Source: Octopus sinensis (lineage: Eukaryota). Taken from it: a stretch of 64,000 nucleotides of DNA. Numbering within the stretch: the stretch's first letter is position 1; each line of letters opens with the position of its first letter. The position numbers and the translations under genes are program-made. Shown piece after piece: positions 1 through 12,450 of the stretch. A model generated the notes under the pieces. The model did not search any database, was not told the origin of the DNA, and was given only the letters and a program-made list of their open reading frames with translations. Where the stretch lies: NCBI RefSeq assembly GCF_006345805.1, contig NC_043006.1, forward strand, positions 4,216,001-4,280,000, in the 5' to 3' direction.

Positions 1-2033
1 AGACTGCAGCAGTCCGACTTGCCAGGAAAGAACGCCGTAATGCTGAATGGGAATACAAATTGCACAAATCAGAGAGCAACAGGAAAAAGCGCAATAGGTC
101 AGCCAACCACCTCAAGCAGGGGACAAAAAAGGCAGTGCTTGAATTTGAACAACGCATTGCAGCTAACCCTGACAGCAAAGGGTTCTGGAAGTATGTGCAC
201 TCAAAGCAGAGACCCCACTCTCCTGTTGGTCCCCTTCGCAATCCCCTCACAGGACAGATTACTGGCAATCCCGAAGAATGTGCAGAAATCATTGCTGGAT
301 GCTATGCCGGCATCTTTACTGTCGAAGACCAAAATGTTCCATCATCATCACCACTGACATCGGACTCTATATCTTCTATGCAATTTACACCAGCAATGCT
401 GCAACGCCACCTAAAGAATAAACGCAATTATGCCTCTCCTGGTCTCGATGGTGTTACATACCTACTTCTCAAACGCGGTGGGTACTCTCTTCTAAGCCAA
501 CTTTCTCTATTCTTCCAATTCTGTCTTGACAATGGTGTTACTCCAGAACAGTGGAAAACTGCCAGTGTCATCCCTCTGTTCAAAAAAGGCGACCGCACAT
601 CGCCTGTCAACTATCGCCCCGTCAGTCTTACCAGCTGCATCGCCAAACTGATGGAATTCTGTATCAGAGAAACCCTCTGGAACTTCTGGAAGTCTCACAG
701 CCTCATCCAGCCGTCACAATTCGGATTTATTTTTAACTCCAGCTGCTGTAATCAACTCATCGAGTTTCTTGAGGATGTTACCCAAATCACTGATCGCGGA
801 TCCTGGGTGGATGTTGTTTACCTGGACTTTGCTAAGGCTTTTAACTCTGTGCCACACAAAAGACTTATGGTGAAGCTTTCTGCGTTGGGTGTAAGAGACG
901 AACTCTATAACTGGTTAAAGTCCTTTATTTTCGGCCGAAAAGAGGTTGTCACAGTTCTAGGACAGCCCTCTTCGCCCTATGAGATGACATCTGGTGTGCC
1001 GCAGGGATCTGTTCTTGGCCCTCTTTTATTTGTTGCATATGTTAATGACATAGATGCCAACTTAAAGAATGCCACAGTGCTGAAATATGCAGATGACATC
1101 AAGCTGTACCTCGAAATAAAGAGGTCAAATTCTATACACTATGGATCTCTATTGCAAGCAGACCTGGACACAATGCAGCAGTGGATCATGGACTGGCAAT
1201 TCAAGCTGGCTGTGGACAAATGTACCACCATGCATTTTGGGAGGAGAAACCCAGCGTCCACCTACTCCCTCCACAACACTAGTCTCAAAAAGTCTTCAAG
1301 TGAACGTGACCTGGGTGTTATTGTCGACAGTGATTTGCGTTGGACAAAACACATCGCCAAAATTGTCAAGAAGGCTGAGGGTGTCTTGGCATCACTCACC
1401 AAATCCTTTGTGAGCCGCTCTCCGGCTATCTATCTGCGGCTTTATATAGCTATGGTAAGACCTCACCTGGAATTTGCACCACCGGTCTGGAACCCCTATC
1501 TTGCCCAGGACATCAATCGTCTGGAAGCTGTTCAGCGACGTGCAACCAAAAGAATACCCTCCATCAGGCATTTGCCATATCCTGAACGCCTTACTTCCCT
1601 GGGCATGGACACATTGAAACTCCGACGTCTGGCAGCTGACCTGGCAGACACCCATAAAGTTATCAACCATCGCATAAACAATAACACTGAGCACCTCTTC
1701 AAACTCCACCCATCTAACACCCGTGGACATATTTACAAAGTAAGAAAACAGCACAGCTCCCATGACTTCAGGAAACATTTTTTCACGCTGAGAGTTGCTG
1801 AAGCGTGGAACAAACTGCCGGCATCGGTTGTTAGTTGTCGGAGCACTGCATCCTTCAAGACTTCCATGCTTCCTGAGATTCGCCAACACTACACTTGATT
1901 TTCTCCCCTCCATACACACACAAGCATGTTCACTTTCCAGACATTTCTACATTACTGCATGTACTTTATATGCACTTTCTGAGAAGTTGTGGTGCACCTG
2001 AGCACTGTATACAATAACTTCATTATTATTATT
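1..2033 (+). mobile_element. CR1/L2-group LINE, 3' part (ORF2 RT, 3' UTR, (ATT)n tail); continues beyond the window start
   Basis: RT ORF followed by a ~130-bp 3' UTR ending CATTATTATTATT; a near-identical 3'-end copy is at 47352-47638. Confidence 0.93.
3..1898 (+). CDS. LINE ORF2 reverse transcriptase (open from window edge, no stops or frameshifts)
   Basis: Frame open from nt 3; motifs SPGLDG, YRPVSLTS, YLDFAKAF, GVPQGSVLGP, YADD, ERDLGV and CR1-type C-terminus RGH...FFTLRVAEAWNKLP. Confidence 0.95.
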   Translation, partial: TAAVRLARKERRNAEWEYKLHKSESNRKKRNRSANHLKQGTKKAVLEFEQRIAANPDSKGFWKYVHSKQRPHSPVGPLRNPLTGQITGNPEECAEIIAGCYAGIFTVEDQNVPSSSPLTSDSISSMQFTPAMLQRHLKNKRNYASPGLDGVTYLLLKRGGYSLLSQLSLFFQFCLDNGVTPEQWKTASVIPLFKKGDRTSPVNYRPVSLTSCIAKLMEFCIRETLWNFWKSHSLIQPSQFGFIFNSSCCNQLIEFLEDVTQITDRGSWVDVVYLDFAKAFNSVPHKRLMVKLSALGVRDELYNWLKSFIFGRKEVVTVLGQPSSPYEMTSGVPQGSVLGPLLFVAYVNDIDANLKNATVLKYADDIKLYLEIKRSNSIHYGSLLQADLDTMQQWIMDWQFKLAVDKCTTMHFGRRNPASTYSLHNTSLKKSSSERDLGVIVDSDLRWTKHIAKIVKKAEGVLASLTKSFVSRSPAIYLRLYIAMVRPHLEFAPPVWNPYLAQDINRLEAVQRRATKRIPSIRHLPYPERLTSLGMDTLKLRRLAADLADTHKVINHRINNNTEHLFKLHPSNTRGHIYKVRKQHSSHDFRKHFFTLRVAEAWNKLPASVVSCRSTASFKTSMLPEIRQHYT

Positions 2034-2317
2034 TTAAATCAATTAGCAATTTTGGAATATATTTCAAATTGAAAAGAAATCACATTTAATTTATTTGGTT
2101 TGCAGATTTTTCTGTATTCTTTCTTGCAGCGCGTGAATACTTAAAACAAAAGATTATCGAGATGAATGTCAGCTGAATTAAAAGAAACGATATTACAGCC
2201 ATAGCGTGAAATATTTCACGCCTCCTTCTCTCCATGAATACATGTGGAGCAGAAAGTTCAACTACCAGAAACATGTATTCGAAGATTTTATTTGTTTTAT
2301 CAGCTAAAATTACAGAC

Positions 2318-2635
2318 AGGGCTTTACGGTAAGAAAGTTGGTTCCCAACCGTATGGTTCCAGGTTCGGTATCACTGCGTGGCGCCTTGTCCAGATGTCTT
2401 CTGTTATACCTTCGATTCGACCAAAGACTTGTGAGTAGATTTGGTTGACGGAAACTGAAAGATGCTCGTCGTACACACACACATACACTCACACACGTGT
2501 GTGTGTGGGGGTATGTGTATGTCTGTGTTTGCGTTTCACAATTATCCACTGCTTCACAAACAGTGTTTGTGTGTTTACGTCCCCTTAGATTAACCGTTTG
2601 GCAAAAGTAACCGGTAGACGGAGTACCATGCGTAA
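2318..2635 (+). mobile_element. tRNA-derived SINE family A (decayed copy)
   Basis: Matches copies at 55612 and 58883 (head GGTAAG..GGTTCCAGGTTC, GATTTGGTTGACGGAAACTGAAAG, CA/TG tract). Confidence 0.75.
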
Positions 2636-3139
2636 AATACATGAAAAAAAATTACTAGGGTGATTCATTCGATTAAATTTTACAAGCGGTGACCCAGCTT
2701 GGCCGTAGTCGAATGATTGAATTCAGTAAAAATTGACAAAATTGAAATGAAATTCATTTTTAAGAAATTTTAAAAAAATTAAGGAAATGGTTTTATACTT
2801 TATCGTTCCTTATGTGAGATTTGGCTGTTGTTTCTAGCATGTGCAGCAGCAACAGTGGTTGTGTGACGGTTGCAGAGAAGAGCGAAGTTAAAGAGTAAGA
2901 ATGGGAAATTTAAAAGACGAAATGGTCAGATGTGAAAGGAAAAATGAATGAGTGAAGTGGAGAAATGTTCGATATTTATTGATAATGTATTATAAACACT
3001 TCGATCTCTTATTTACAGTAAATCATAATTGGAAATCTTCACAAACTGCGCCGGAAGACAGATTTTATTGAACACAACAGGAAGTAATAGTTTAAAGGGA
3101 AAATGGGATTGAATAAGAGTTATTACCCTTACTCTCTCA

Positions 3140-5258
3140 ACTTTGACCCCTCCCACAACCACCACCACCTTATATAATATGGTTGACCCCGCCCATCTTG
3201 CTTCCTTTATTACCTCACACCCTTCCTCCATTAGTAAATATATTCATCGTTCTCAAGCGCTCCCTCTCTCTCTCTCTCTTTGTCCCTTTCTCTTCCCGCC
3301 CCTCTCTCACCTCATTATTTATTACAGAATCCTTCTCTTATATATCACTCCCCCTCTCTTATTTTCTCTCTGATCCCAGCCTCCCTCCCCTACAAAACAT
3401 ATCCACCCACTTCTCCCTCTTTGTCTCCTTTCTCTCAGAACCTCATTATATATTCATTTTAATCACCGCCCACCTCCCTTGCAAAAGCGTTCACCTCATC
3501 CTCTCCCTCATTAACTGTATATCTGTCTCTCTTTTTCTGTCTGTCTGTCTGTCTCTGTCTCTCTCTCTCTCTCACGTATTCTGTCTGTCTCTCTCTCACT
3601 CTCATTCTTTCTCTGCTTCCTCATACATTAATATATCCCTCCTCTTCCCTAGGGTTTCTCTCTCTATCTTCCCCACCTCCTTATATCTTACCCTCTCCAT
3701 CTTCCTCTCCTTTTATCCCTAAGAAACCTTACTTTCTTACAAATAAATTCTATTTTCAGATTTACCTTCAAATTTCTCTCTCGCTAATTATTTTACCAGA
3801 GGCTAATTATTTAACTAACCATTAATTACATAATTACTGTGTAGTTCTTAATTGAGCAAATTAAATAGCCGAGACATTGACGGACAATTTAAGAAGCATT
3901 TATTCAAAGAATCCTCCTACACCTGGTTTGACATCATGCTAGAAATAACAGCCCACTACACTCAAAGTTGCTTTGTTTTTCATACGAAATTGAAAGACAA
4001 TTTAAGAAGCATTTATAAAACTTCTTCCCGGATCTGGTCAGACTTCTTCCTCGAAGGAGAAACCAAGTGAAGAAGCGTCTATAAAACGTATTGGTGGTCT
4101 GGTATCTTGCTAGAAATAACAGCCCATTGTGCTGTACTTTATATTGGTTTCATGAAGGACACTTTAAGAAGTATCTGGAGAAAAATAGTCCAATTGGGGA
4201 TCAAATGTGATGCTAGAAGTAACAGCCAAGTATGTTAAAGTTTGGTTTTGTGTTTCATATGAAAATGAAGGACACTTCGAAACTCTTCTCTCTCCTTCCT
4301 CATTCTGTATTAATACCCCATCCTTCCCCTCTTCCTTTCTCTAATACAGGATAGACTCCCTCTCTTATCACACACATCATTCCCTCTCCTTCTCTACTCC
4401 TCTCCCTCTCCCTCTGTCACTTATTTATGTTATGGTTTAACCCCGCCTCCCTCGTCCCTCGTTTTCTCTCAACTCTTACTCTCCCTCCCTCACAAAGCAT
4501 ATATTTCATACATCATTTCTGTTTCCTTCCCCCTCCATCACATTTTGTCTCTCTTTACCACCTCATACCTCATTCTCTCCCTCTACCTCTTTTGCGCTCC
4601 GCCCCACGTCACACTCTCCCTCTCTTTCTAAACCTATGTATCATTCTCTCTCTCCCTCCACCTCCTTATATAATATTCTCTCATTCTCTTACCTCATTCT
4701 TTCCCTCCCTTTCTCCTTCCTTTCCATCTCCCTCTCTTTCTCTATGTCTGTCTTTCTCTCTCTTTGCTCTCTTGATTTCTCTATTTCAGTCTCTCTCTTT
4801 CGCCCTCTCACTTCTTATGTCTCTCTCTGTCTCCGTGTCTCTGTTTGCCTGTCTCTCTCTTTCTCCCTCTCTCCCTCTCCCTCTCTCTATTACCTTATCA
4901 TATATTAATGCTCCGCCTTTTTACTCTTTGTCTCTCATCTCATACTCCTCCTCTCTTCTTAACATGTATTTCTCTAATCCCTCCTCCTTCCTCTCTCTCT
5001 CTCTCTCCCTCTTTCTACTCATCATTTTTTTTACAGAATTACGTCGCCTTCCTCTCTATCTCTCTCATTCTTTCTTTCTTTTCAGTTTCCCTTTAATTTC
5101 TTTGTTTTCTTTCTTTCTATCTTTCTTTTTCCTTCTTTCTTTCTTTCCGTTTCCTTTTTTCTTTCTTTCTTTCCTTTTCCTTTCTTTCTTTCTTCCTTTC
5201 TTTCATCCTTTCTTTCTTTCTTTCCTTCTTTCTTCCTTTCTTCCTTTCTTTCTTTTTT

Positions 5259-5290
<32 letters not shown>

Positions 5291-5353
5291 TCCTTCTTTC
5301 TCTCTTTCTTCCTTCATTTCCCTCATTCTTTCTTTCTTTTTTCTTTCTTCATT

Positions 5354-5389
<36 letters not shown>

Positions 5390-5411
5390 TTTTCTTTTTT
5401 CTTTCTTCATT

Positions 5412-5459
<48 letters not shown>

Positions 5460-6563
5460 TTTTTCTTTCTTCGTTTCTTTCATTTGTCTCATTCTTTTTT
5501 TCTAATATATATTTTCGTTATTTCTTTGTTTTTCTTTTTGTTTTTCATTTCCTTCTTCTTACCCTTTATTCTTTTTTCTTTCTTCACTCTTAGCGCCCCT
5601 TCTTCTTTCCTTCTTTCTTCTTTCCTTCTTTCTTTTTTCTTCCTTTCTTTTTTTGTCGTTCCTTTGTTTCCTTGCCTTTTCTCCTTTTTCTCTCTCTCCC
5701 TCTCACTCTGTTCTTATTCTTTTCACTTTCTTTCCTTCTTTTTTTTCTTTTTTCTTTTTTCTTTCTTCCCTTCATTCTTTCTATCTTTCCCTCTTTTTCC
5801 TTCTATCCTTCTTTCTTTTCTTTCTCCCTTTCTTTCTTACTTACTCCCTTTCTTTCTTTCTTTCTTTCTCCTTTTATTTCTTTCTTTCTTTCTTTCTTTC
5901 CTTTTTATTTTCTTTCTTTCCTTACTGCCTTTCTTTCCTTTCTTATTTCCTTCCTTCCTTCCTTCCTTCCTTCCTTCTTCCTTCCTTCCTTCCTTTCTTT
6001 CTTTCTTTCCTGTCTGTCTGCCTGTCTTTGTTTGTTTGCTTGTTTCTTTCTTTCTTTCTTCCTTCATTTCTCTCATTCTTTCTTTCTTTCCTTCTTTCAT
6101 TTTCCTTATTTCTTTGTTTTTCTTTCTGCTTTTCATTTCCTTCTTCTTACCCTTTATTCTTTTTTCTTTCCTCGCTCTTATCTTTCCTTCTCCTTTGCTT
6201 CTTTCCTTTTTCTTCCTTCCTTTTTTCTTGTTGTTTCGTTTCTTTTCCTTTTCTCCTTTTTCTCTCTCTCCTCTCGCCCTGCTCTTCTCTCTCTCCCTCT
6301 CGCCCTGCTCTCTTTCTCTCTTTCTTTCCATCTTTCCTTCTTTCATTCTTTCTTCTTTCATCCATTCTATCTTTCATTCTTTTCCCTTTCTATCTTTCTT
6401 TATTTTCTTTCTTTCATTCCTTCTTTCTTTTTCCTTTTTTCTCCCTTTCTTTCTCCCTTTCTTCTTTCTTTCTCTCCCCCGCTCTCATCTCTTTGTTTAT
6501 TACGGAATCACTTCACTTTCTTTCTTTCTTTATTTATTTCTTCCTTCCGCCCTTTCTTTCTCC

Positions 6564-6614
<51 letters not shown>

Positions 6615-6622
6615 TCCTTCCT

Positions 6623-6665
<43 letters not shown>

Positions 6666-6755
6666 GTCGCTCTCATTTCATGTATTATTACAGAATCACG
6701 TTACTTTATTCCTTCCCTGCTCTTTTCTTTCATTCCTTATTTTCTCTTTTCATTC

Positions 6756-6795
<40 letters not shown>

Positions 6796-6890
6796 ACTCT
6801 CTTTCATTCTTTCCTTCTTTTAACTCTCTCTCTCACTCTCTTTCTTTCACTTAATCTCATTGTTTCCCTCCCAAAACCATTCCGACTTTT
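3140..6890 (+). repeat. Polypyrimidine low-complexity tract, (CT)n/(TTTC)n/(TTCC)n
   Basis: Direct inspection; source of the F/S/L-rich ORFs in the track. Confidence 0.95.
3880..4290 (+). repeat. Degenerate tandem repeat with core GCTAGAAATAACAGCC; more copies at 6940-7230 and in reverse orientation at ~2820 and ~63930
   Basis: Repeated GACACTTTAAGAAG...ATGCTAGAAATAACAGCC blocks. Confidence 0.7.
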
Positions 6891-8883
6891 ATAAAAGAAT
6901 CTCACCTCTCTATTGTCTCGCATCATTCGTGAAACAGCAAGCAAGCACCTTGAAATTTCTAAAGTTTTTGTTTTATAAAAGCAGGACACTTGAGGAAGCG
7001 TCTATCAAATATATTGTCCTACAGGTGGTCGAGTAATATGCTAAAAGTAACAGTTTAATATTTTGTATCGCTTTTCATGAAGGATTAAAGGAGACTTTAA
7101 GAAGCATCCGGAGGAATAATATACAATTGGTGGTCCTACGTGATGCTAGAAATAACAGCCAAGTATATCAAAGTTTTGTGTTGTCACTCATATAAAAAAT
7201 TAAGGGTACTTAGAATATCCTGTCTCTCCCACCTCAGCATATATTAATATATCACCCCAAATCTAACCCGAAGACCCCTAACCTCTAAGCCACTTGCCTT
7301 CACTCCAGCGACCATGCAAACTGTGTGATGATTGCAGGCAGAGTGAAAGGAAAAGTAAAGAATTGGAAATGTGAAAAAGCGAAATAAAAAACGAATCAGT
7401 GACGTGGAGTCGCAATCTGTACTAATTCCATTGATCAATGTTCGATATTTATCGATAATGTGTTATAAACACTATTTTATATTATTCTCACTCTTTCCGT
7501 CCCTTTCTCTCCCTCCACACACCGCACGATGCTCTCCGAAGCGGCGTTCCATCCAGATGTCCTCACATCCGTTTATCAATAGGCGAACCGTTGTTCCATC
7601 CGTCTCTTTGCCATTGCCGACCGACCTGTGTGTGTGTGTGTGTGTGTTTATGTGTCCATATATTGGGTTGGTGCATAATTATTGTGGATTTTTTCAACAA
7701 ATTTTATTCAACAAAAACAATAACATGTAACAAAAACATCTTTCAGTGATTATTCCGGAGCATATTCACCATCTACTTCAATAACTACTTCCCATTCGCT
7801 TGACAGACGGTCAGACCGTCATGTAAATGTGTTTCTGATAAATATTTTTATTGTTTTTGTTGAAAAAAGCCGCAATAACTATGCACCAACCCAATATTTT
7901 ACCTGACCCTGGGATGGTGTGATATCTTGAAGTGAGCGTGACATGGATTAAAGTGAGGGAAGGTTGCACAATAGCATCTGGCTCACTCTCTCGTCCCTTC
8001 CTCTGTGATTCCAGTGGAAGGATGAAGTCAAGAGAACTACAGATAGGTTGCAATTCACCCTCTACAAAGTTTGCGGGTCCGTTGAGCCTGTCTAGTGGTT
8101 TCCTCAGTACACTCAACCGGTTCACATCCTTAGGTAGACAAGCCCTAGCCCACCAATGGTTAAAGGCCGTTTGCTACCCTTCCCATGGTTTAGCCAGCCT
8201 CCGGAATCCGTGACCCTGGGTGTGGATACTGTTGAATGCAGATAGCATTGATGACTCACAGATGAGAGGTGAGTGTCACATGAGGACCAAAGCGGACGGA
8301 CTACTCCAAAGAGCACTACATATGCCCTTGACAGAGGTACTAATTGACCCAGATACACCTTGCACGCTAGAAAAGGATTATAAGGGCAAAGAAAGCTTCA
8401 ATTATGCGAGTCCAGAGTCGGCTTCTTGCCTTCAGACCCAGCAGACAACCATTGCCCGACCTGTGGCGAGACTTCCCAGCGCGTATCGGACTGGACGACC
8501 ACTGCAGGACACACCGTTACCCACCTCCTTATCCCACGTAATGTATTTGGTCATCGTCGACAACGACGAAAGAACTAATACCTGCCTCTGACTTGCTATT
8601 CTCATATGACGAAAAAATATTCTCTCTCTCTCTTACCTGTCTCTGTCACTCTATTTTCTCTCTCTCACTGTATATATCTCTGTCACCGTTGTGTCACCTG
8701 TCTTTCTCTCCCTGCCTGTTTGCCTCTCTCTCTCTCTCACACTCCCATTCTATCTCTGTCTTTCTCTCTCCTTTTCTTTCTCCTCTTTCTCTTTCTGTCC
8801 CTATCTGTCTCCCTCTCTCCCCTTCTCTTTCTCCCACTCTCTCTCTCACTCATTCTCCCTCTCTCGCTTTGTCTCTCATTCCA

Positions 8884-8932
<49 letters not shown>

Positions 8933-9939
8933 ATGCCTGCCTGATAGCCAGCATCATTCCTCTCTCTGTGTTCCTGTTATTGCCCCGTGACTCGCAGTTT
9001 TCTATTTCCATCGAGAGACATCGAGAAACAAGACGACGACAAAACAATCAGACGGACACACTGAACAAAGCCAGCAACCAGAGAAGGGCGCTGATGAGGC
9101 TCCAGCTTGGGTTCGACTCCGAGACAGACTTAGTCAAATACACTGATATCTTGACGTTGAGGGTGCATATTCTGGTGGGTAGAGTCATCTTTTCCGGATA
9201 CTGGATCATGTCTTTCGCAAGAATAGACACAACAGACCGCAGTGTGGTAACTGTTCTCTTAAGCAAGTTTCTCCGAAGAGAATCACTAATCGTAAAATAA
9301 CGATAGTTTTCACCTCGTCGATTGAATGGATGGCCGCCTGACCGATTGTTTTTTTTCTTCGCATGATCGGACCGCGACGGTAAGCGGATCGATTTCGGAT
9401 CACCGTTTGAGCAATTCCACTGAAACACGGACACACTCGCCAAAATTGGCGGGATGTTTATATTGTGGCCCACGAAAGAGACGGTTATCTGCGTCAGAGA
9501 AGGGGAAGCGAATCAACGGTTTGAGTTACACTCGAACATACACACGCAAGAAGCGACCTTTGCCACTTCGTTTTATTGTCAATGAAGGACGGAAAGAAAA
9601 ATTTGACCCAAACGAGAGAATTTAATTAACAACGTTAAGGGAAGTAATACTTCTTATTCTACAAGAGTTATTGCCCTTGAACTGTTAAATTAAAGTTTCA
9701 TCTTCACGGCGATGACATCCAGTATTGCAGCTGTGATAATTCTGTATGTACAGTTGCGGCCGAAATGTTCAGAACGGCATTGTTTTCGTCAGAAAAGTAG
9801 GTACAATTTTTTATTAAAGTTGTTTTATATTCTATAGAAAAAATCCCATTTTCCGTAGTGGTGTCGTTTGAAATTGTCACCCATAATTATAACCCTAGTA
9901 TCGATCTATTGCATTTCAATCTATTTTAGATTTAGGGTG

Positions 9940-12450
9940 AGAGTTAGGATTAGGGTTAGAGTTAGGGTTAGGGGTGGGGGAAGGGTATCTTTTTTCTTGA
10001 CAAATGTAAATAAACCCAATCTGTTTCTTAAACGAAGGACATATTTATACAGCACGGAATGTTGTTTACCTAAATGGAGGTCAGCGATTGGTTAAAATTG
10101 CCGAAATGCTCGAAATTAAAGACGAAATATGTTACAACCTATAGAATTTTCTCAATAAAGCCAAGAAAAAATAATGTTTTATAAACACATTCTACCAGTA
10201 TACGAAGTTTTAAAGTGTTTAGTTAACTAGAAATTGTGTTGAAAAGTGCCGTTCAAAAGGAAAAGATCCAAAAAATACATGCAGTAGGTATATGTACGTG
10301 TTTTGTGCAAGATAAATTAATTTTGGCGGTAAGGACTGAAGCCATTGTTTCATTATCACAATTAAAAGTAAATTCGAAGGATTAACATCGCAGAAGTTCA
10401 TACATTATTTCCATAAACACTAATTGAAATCAAGAAGCTACCGCAAGCATCCTATCAGCAACATCTTCTTCGCAATAAAAAGAAGCAGCTGTTGCTATTT
10501 TTCTGAATTTATTTTACATTGTGTACACCCATATTGGAACTTTTACTGTACCTTGCAACGGAGAACATTATAGATTATCTGAAGACAAAACATTGCCAAC
10601 GAAAACACCTGTGCTTGCACATATTCGATGAATTTTCAAAATTTTAGTCATTCTATTGACGGGTTTGTCAATAGAAAGTGCGCTAAATGTAAAAAAAAAT
10701 CTTTCCATCAGGAAAGGTACAATTACAGAAAACTCTAAGCTGCCATTATGTGTAATTTTTCATTTAGTGTTTTATTTTATTTTCGAATTGCTTGTGAAAA
10801 TATCTGCAAGTATGAATTGCATTGATATAAAAACTGCCGTTCAACGGTAGCAGTTCTGTAGAGATGTTTGTTCGGTAAAACTGCTGCAAGACAAAACTCC
10901 CATTGGTGGTCCGGATCATACAGTGGAGATCGATGAAAGCTTGTTCTTCAATACCAAGAACAATGTAGGAAAAATGTGTCGCAAAACTTGGGTTGTCGGA
11001 TATTATGACACCACAACGAGAAAAAGATTTCTTCAACGTGTGCCTGATAGGAGTACAGAGACGGTGGAGAATGTTATCAGACAAAACGTTTCTCTAGGAA
11101 CTATTGTTATGACTGACACTTTGGCAAGCTATTGTAATCTCCACATACTCGGTTACATCCACCCCCATACGGTAAATCATTCCCAAGATTTCATAGATCG
11201 GTCCCCGGGGTATGTACAAATCGGCAGAGGAAAAGAGATCATGGAACGTACCCCCTTTCGGATATTTTTTTGGTCTTATTTTTACATGGACACACTATAT
11301 CGAGGGCGGAGATTCCGAATCTGCAAAAAAATCTGCATTTCAAAATTTATGTTGCACAGGCCAAAAGAAAAAAAAAAAGAAAAATACCTAAATGACAAAA
11401 CACCCCTTTGCTCACTCACTCTCTCCATAAGACATCGAAGAGTATTTGTTATTCGCTTAAGATCTCGGCAAGAAACATTGCCAAAGGACAAAACTGTTTT
11501 GCAGCTTAGGTCTTTTATGTCCTGGCATCTATATTATATCCAGTCATTTTAGTAGGTATGTAAAAGATATTGTTTTAATACACTTTGACTTGTTTCACAC
11601 AAACGCTAACAAGTTTTTTTTTTTGTTTTGTCCAGAGACATTGTTACCACTTCGTTTATTATTGTATTCAAAGTTCTTTGATCTTTCAATCGAATGTAAT
11701 TCACACTCTATAAAACGTTTCTGCAAAATGTCATCTTAAAATAGGTGCAAAGGAAGGCGGCTGTGATGCAGTTTCGCGCCTCACCTTCAAAAGTGCATTT
11801 TTTAAAAATAAAGATAGACAAATTATTTTAATTAACAGTTCAACAGCACTTTTCTCACGGTAAAACAATGGGTTTTTTTCTGTGACGTAAATTAATTTTG
11901 CCAAATGCCTTCGCTAAGCAAAATATTTTGCTTCGCCACTTGACCCTTCCAACCTCTTCTATTTCACCAATAGCTAGAATAGATATCACAGAACTGCAAC
12001 GAATTCTGTTGTTGGAGAAGCGAGTTGGAGAAAACGCAATGGCAGTGACCATTAGGGAGAAGGAAGCTTACGAGACGCAACATCCCTAAATAACTTATAC
12101 TAGCTCGATTTCTTTTCTCTTACAACATCATTCTGTCTTTATCTGTGGGTTTCTACTACGAGAACGTGTACACACATACAGGCCGAGGATTACCTTTTCT
12201 TTTTACCTTGCATGCTTTTCCATTTACGAGTTATACTGGATCTTTTCCTTTTGAACGGCACTTTTCAACACAATTTCTATATGTTTAATTTCGAGCATTT
12301 CGGCAATTTTAACCAATCAATTACCTCCATTTAGGTAAATAACATTCTGTGCATAATGAATATGTTCCTCGTTTAAGAAACAGATTGGGTTTATTTACAT
12401 TTGTCAAGAAAAAAAATACCCTTCCCCCACCCCTAACCCTAACCCTAACA
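9940..12450. repeat. ~200-bp inverted repeat pair containing (TTAGGG)n-like blocks, bracketing the Merlin remnant
   Basis: 9940-10120 is the approximate reverse complement of 12280-12450 (GGGAAGGGTATC..TAAACCCAATCTGTTTCTTAAACGA..GCCGAAATGCTCGAAATTAAA). Confidence 0.7.
10800..11230 (+). mobile_element. Merlin/IS1595 (ISXO2-like) DDE transposase remnant
   Basis: Translation PIGGPDHTVEIDES...WVVG...RVPDRSTETVENVIRQNVSLGTIVMTD..SY.....GY.H..VNHS..F. Confidence 0.88.

Noticed and set aside
4427-6894. Long F/S/L-rich and K/E/R-rich ORFs (also 60436-61926, 8593-9300, 50526-50848)
   Set aside because: Translations of CT/GA/TA microsatellites, which lack stop codons by composition
8150-8260. Partial HDV-like fold (GGTTAA/TTAGCC P1, ACC/GGT P3)
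   Set aside because: No GG for P1.1 after P1 and no P2 partner strand
9085-9140. CTGATGAG...GAGAC hammerhead-like motif
   Set aside because: GAAA absent and flanking stems do not pair
9048-9473. 141-aa minus-strand ORF with a hydrophobic end
   Set aside because: No recognisable domain or supporting exon chain
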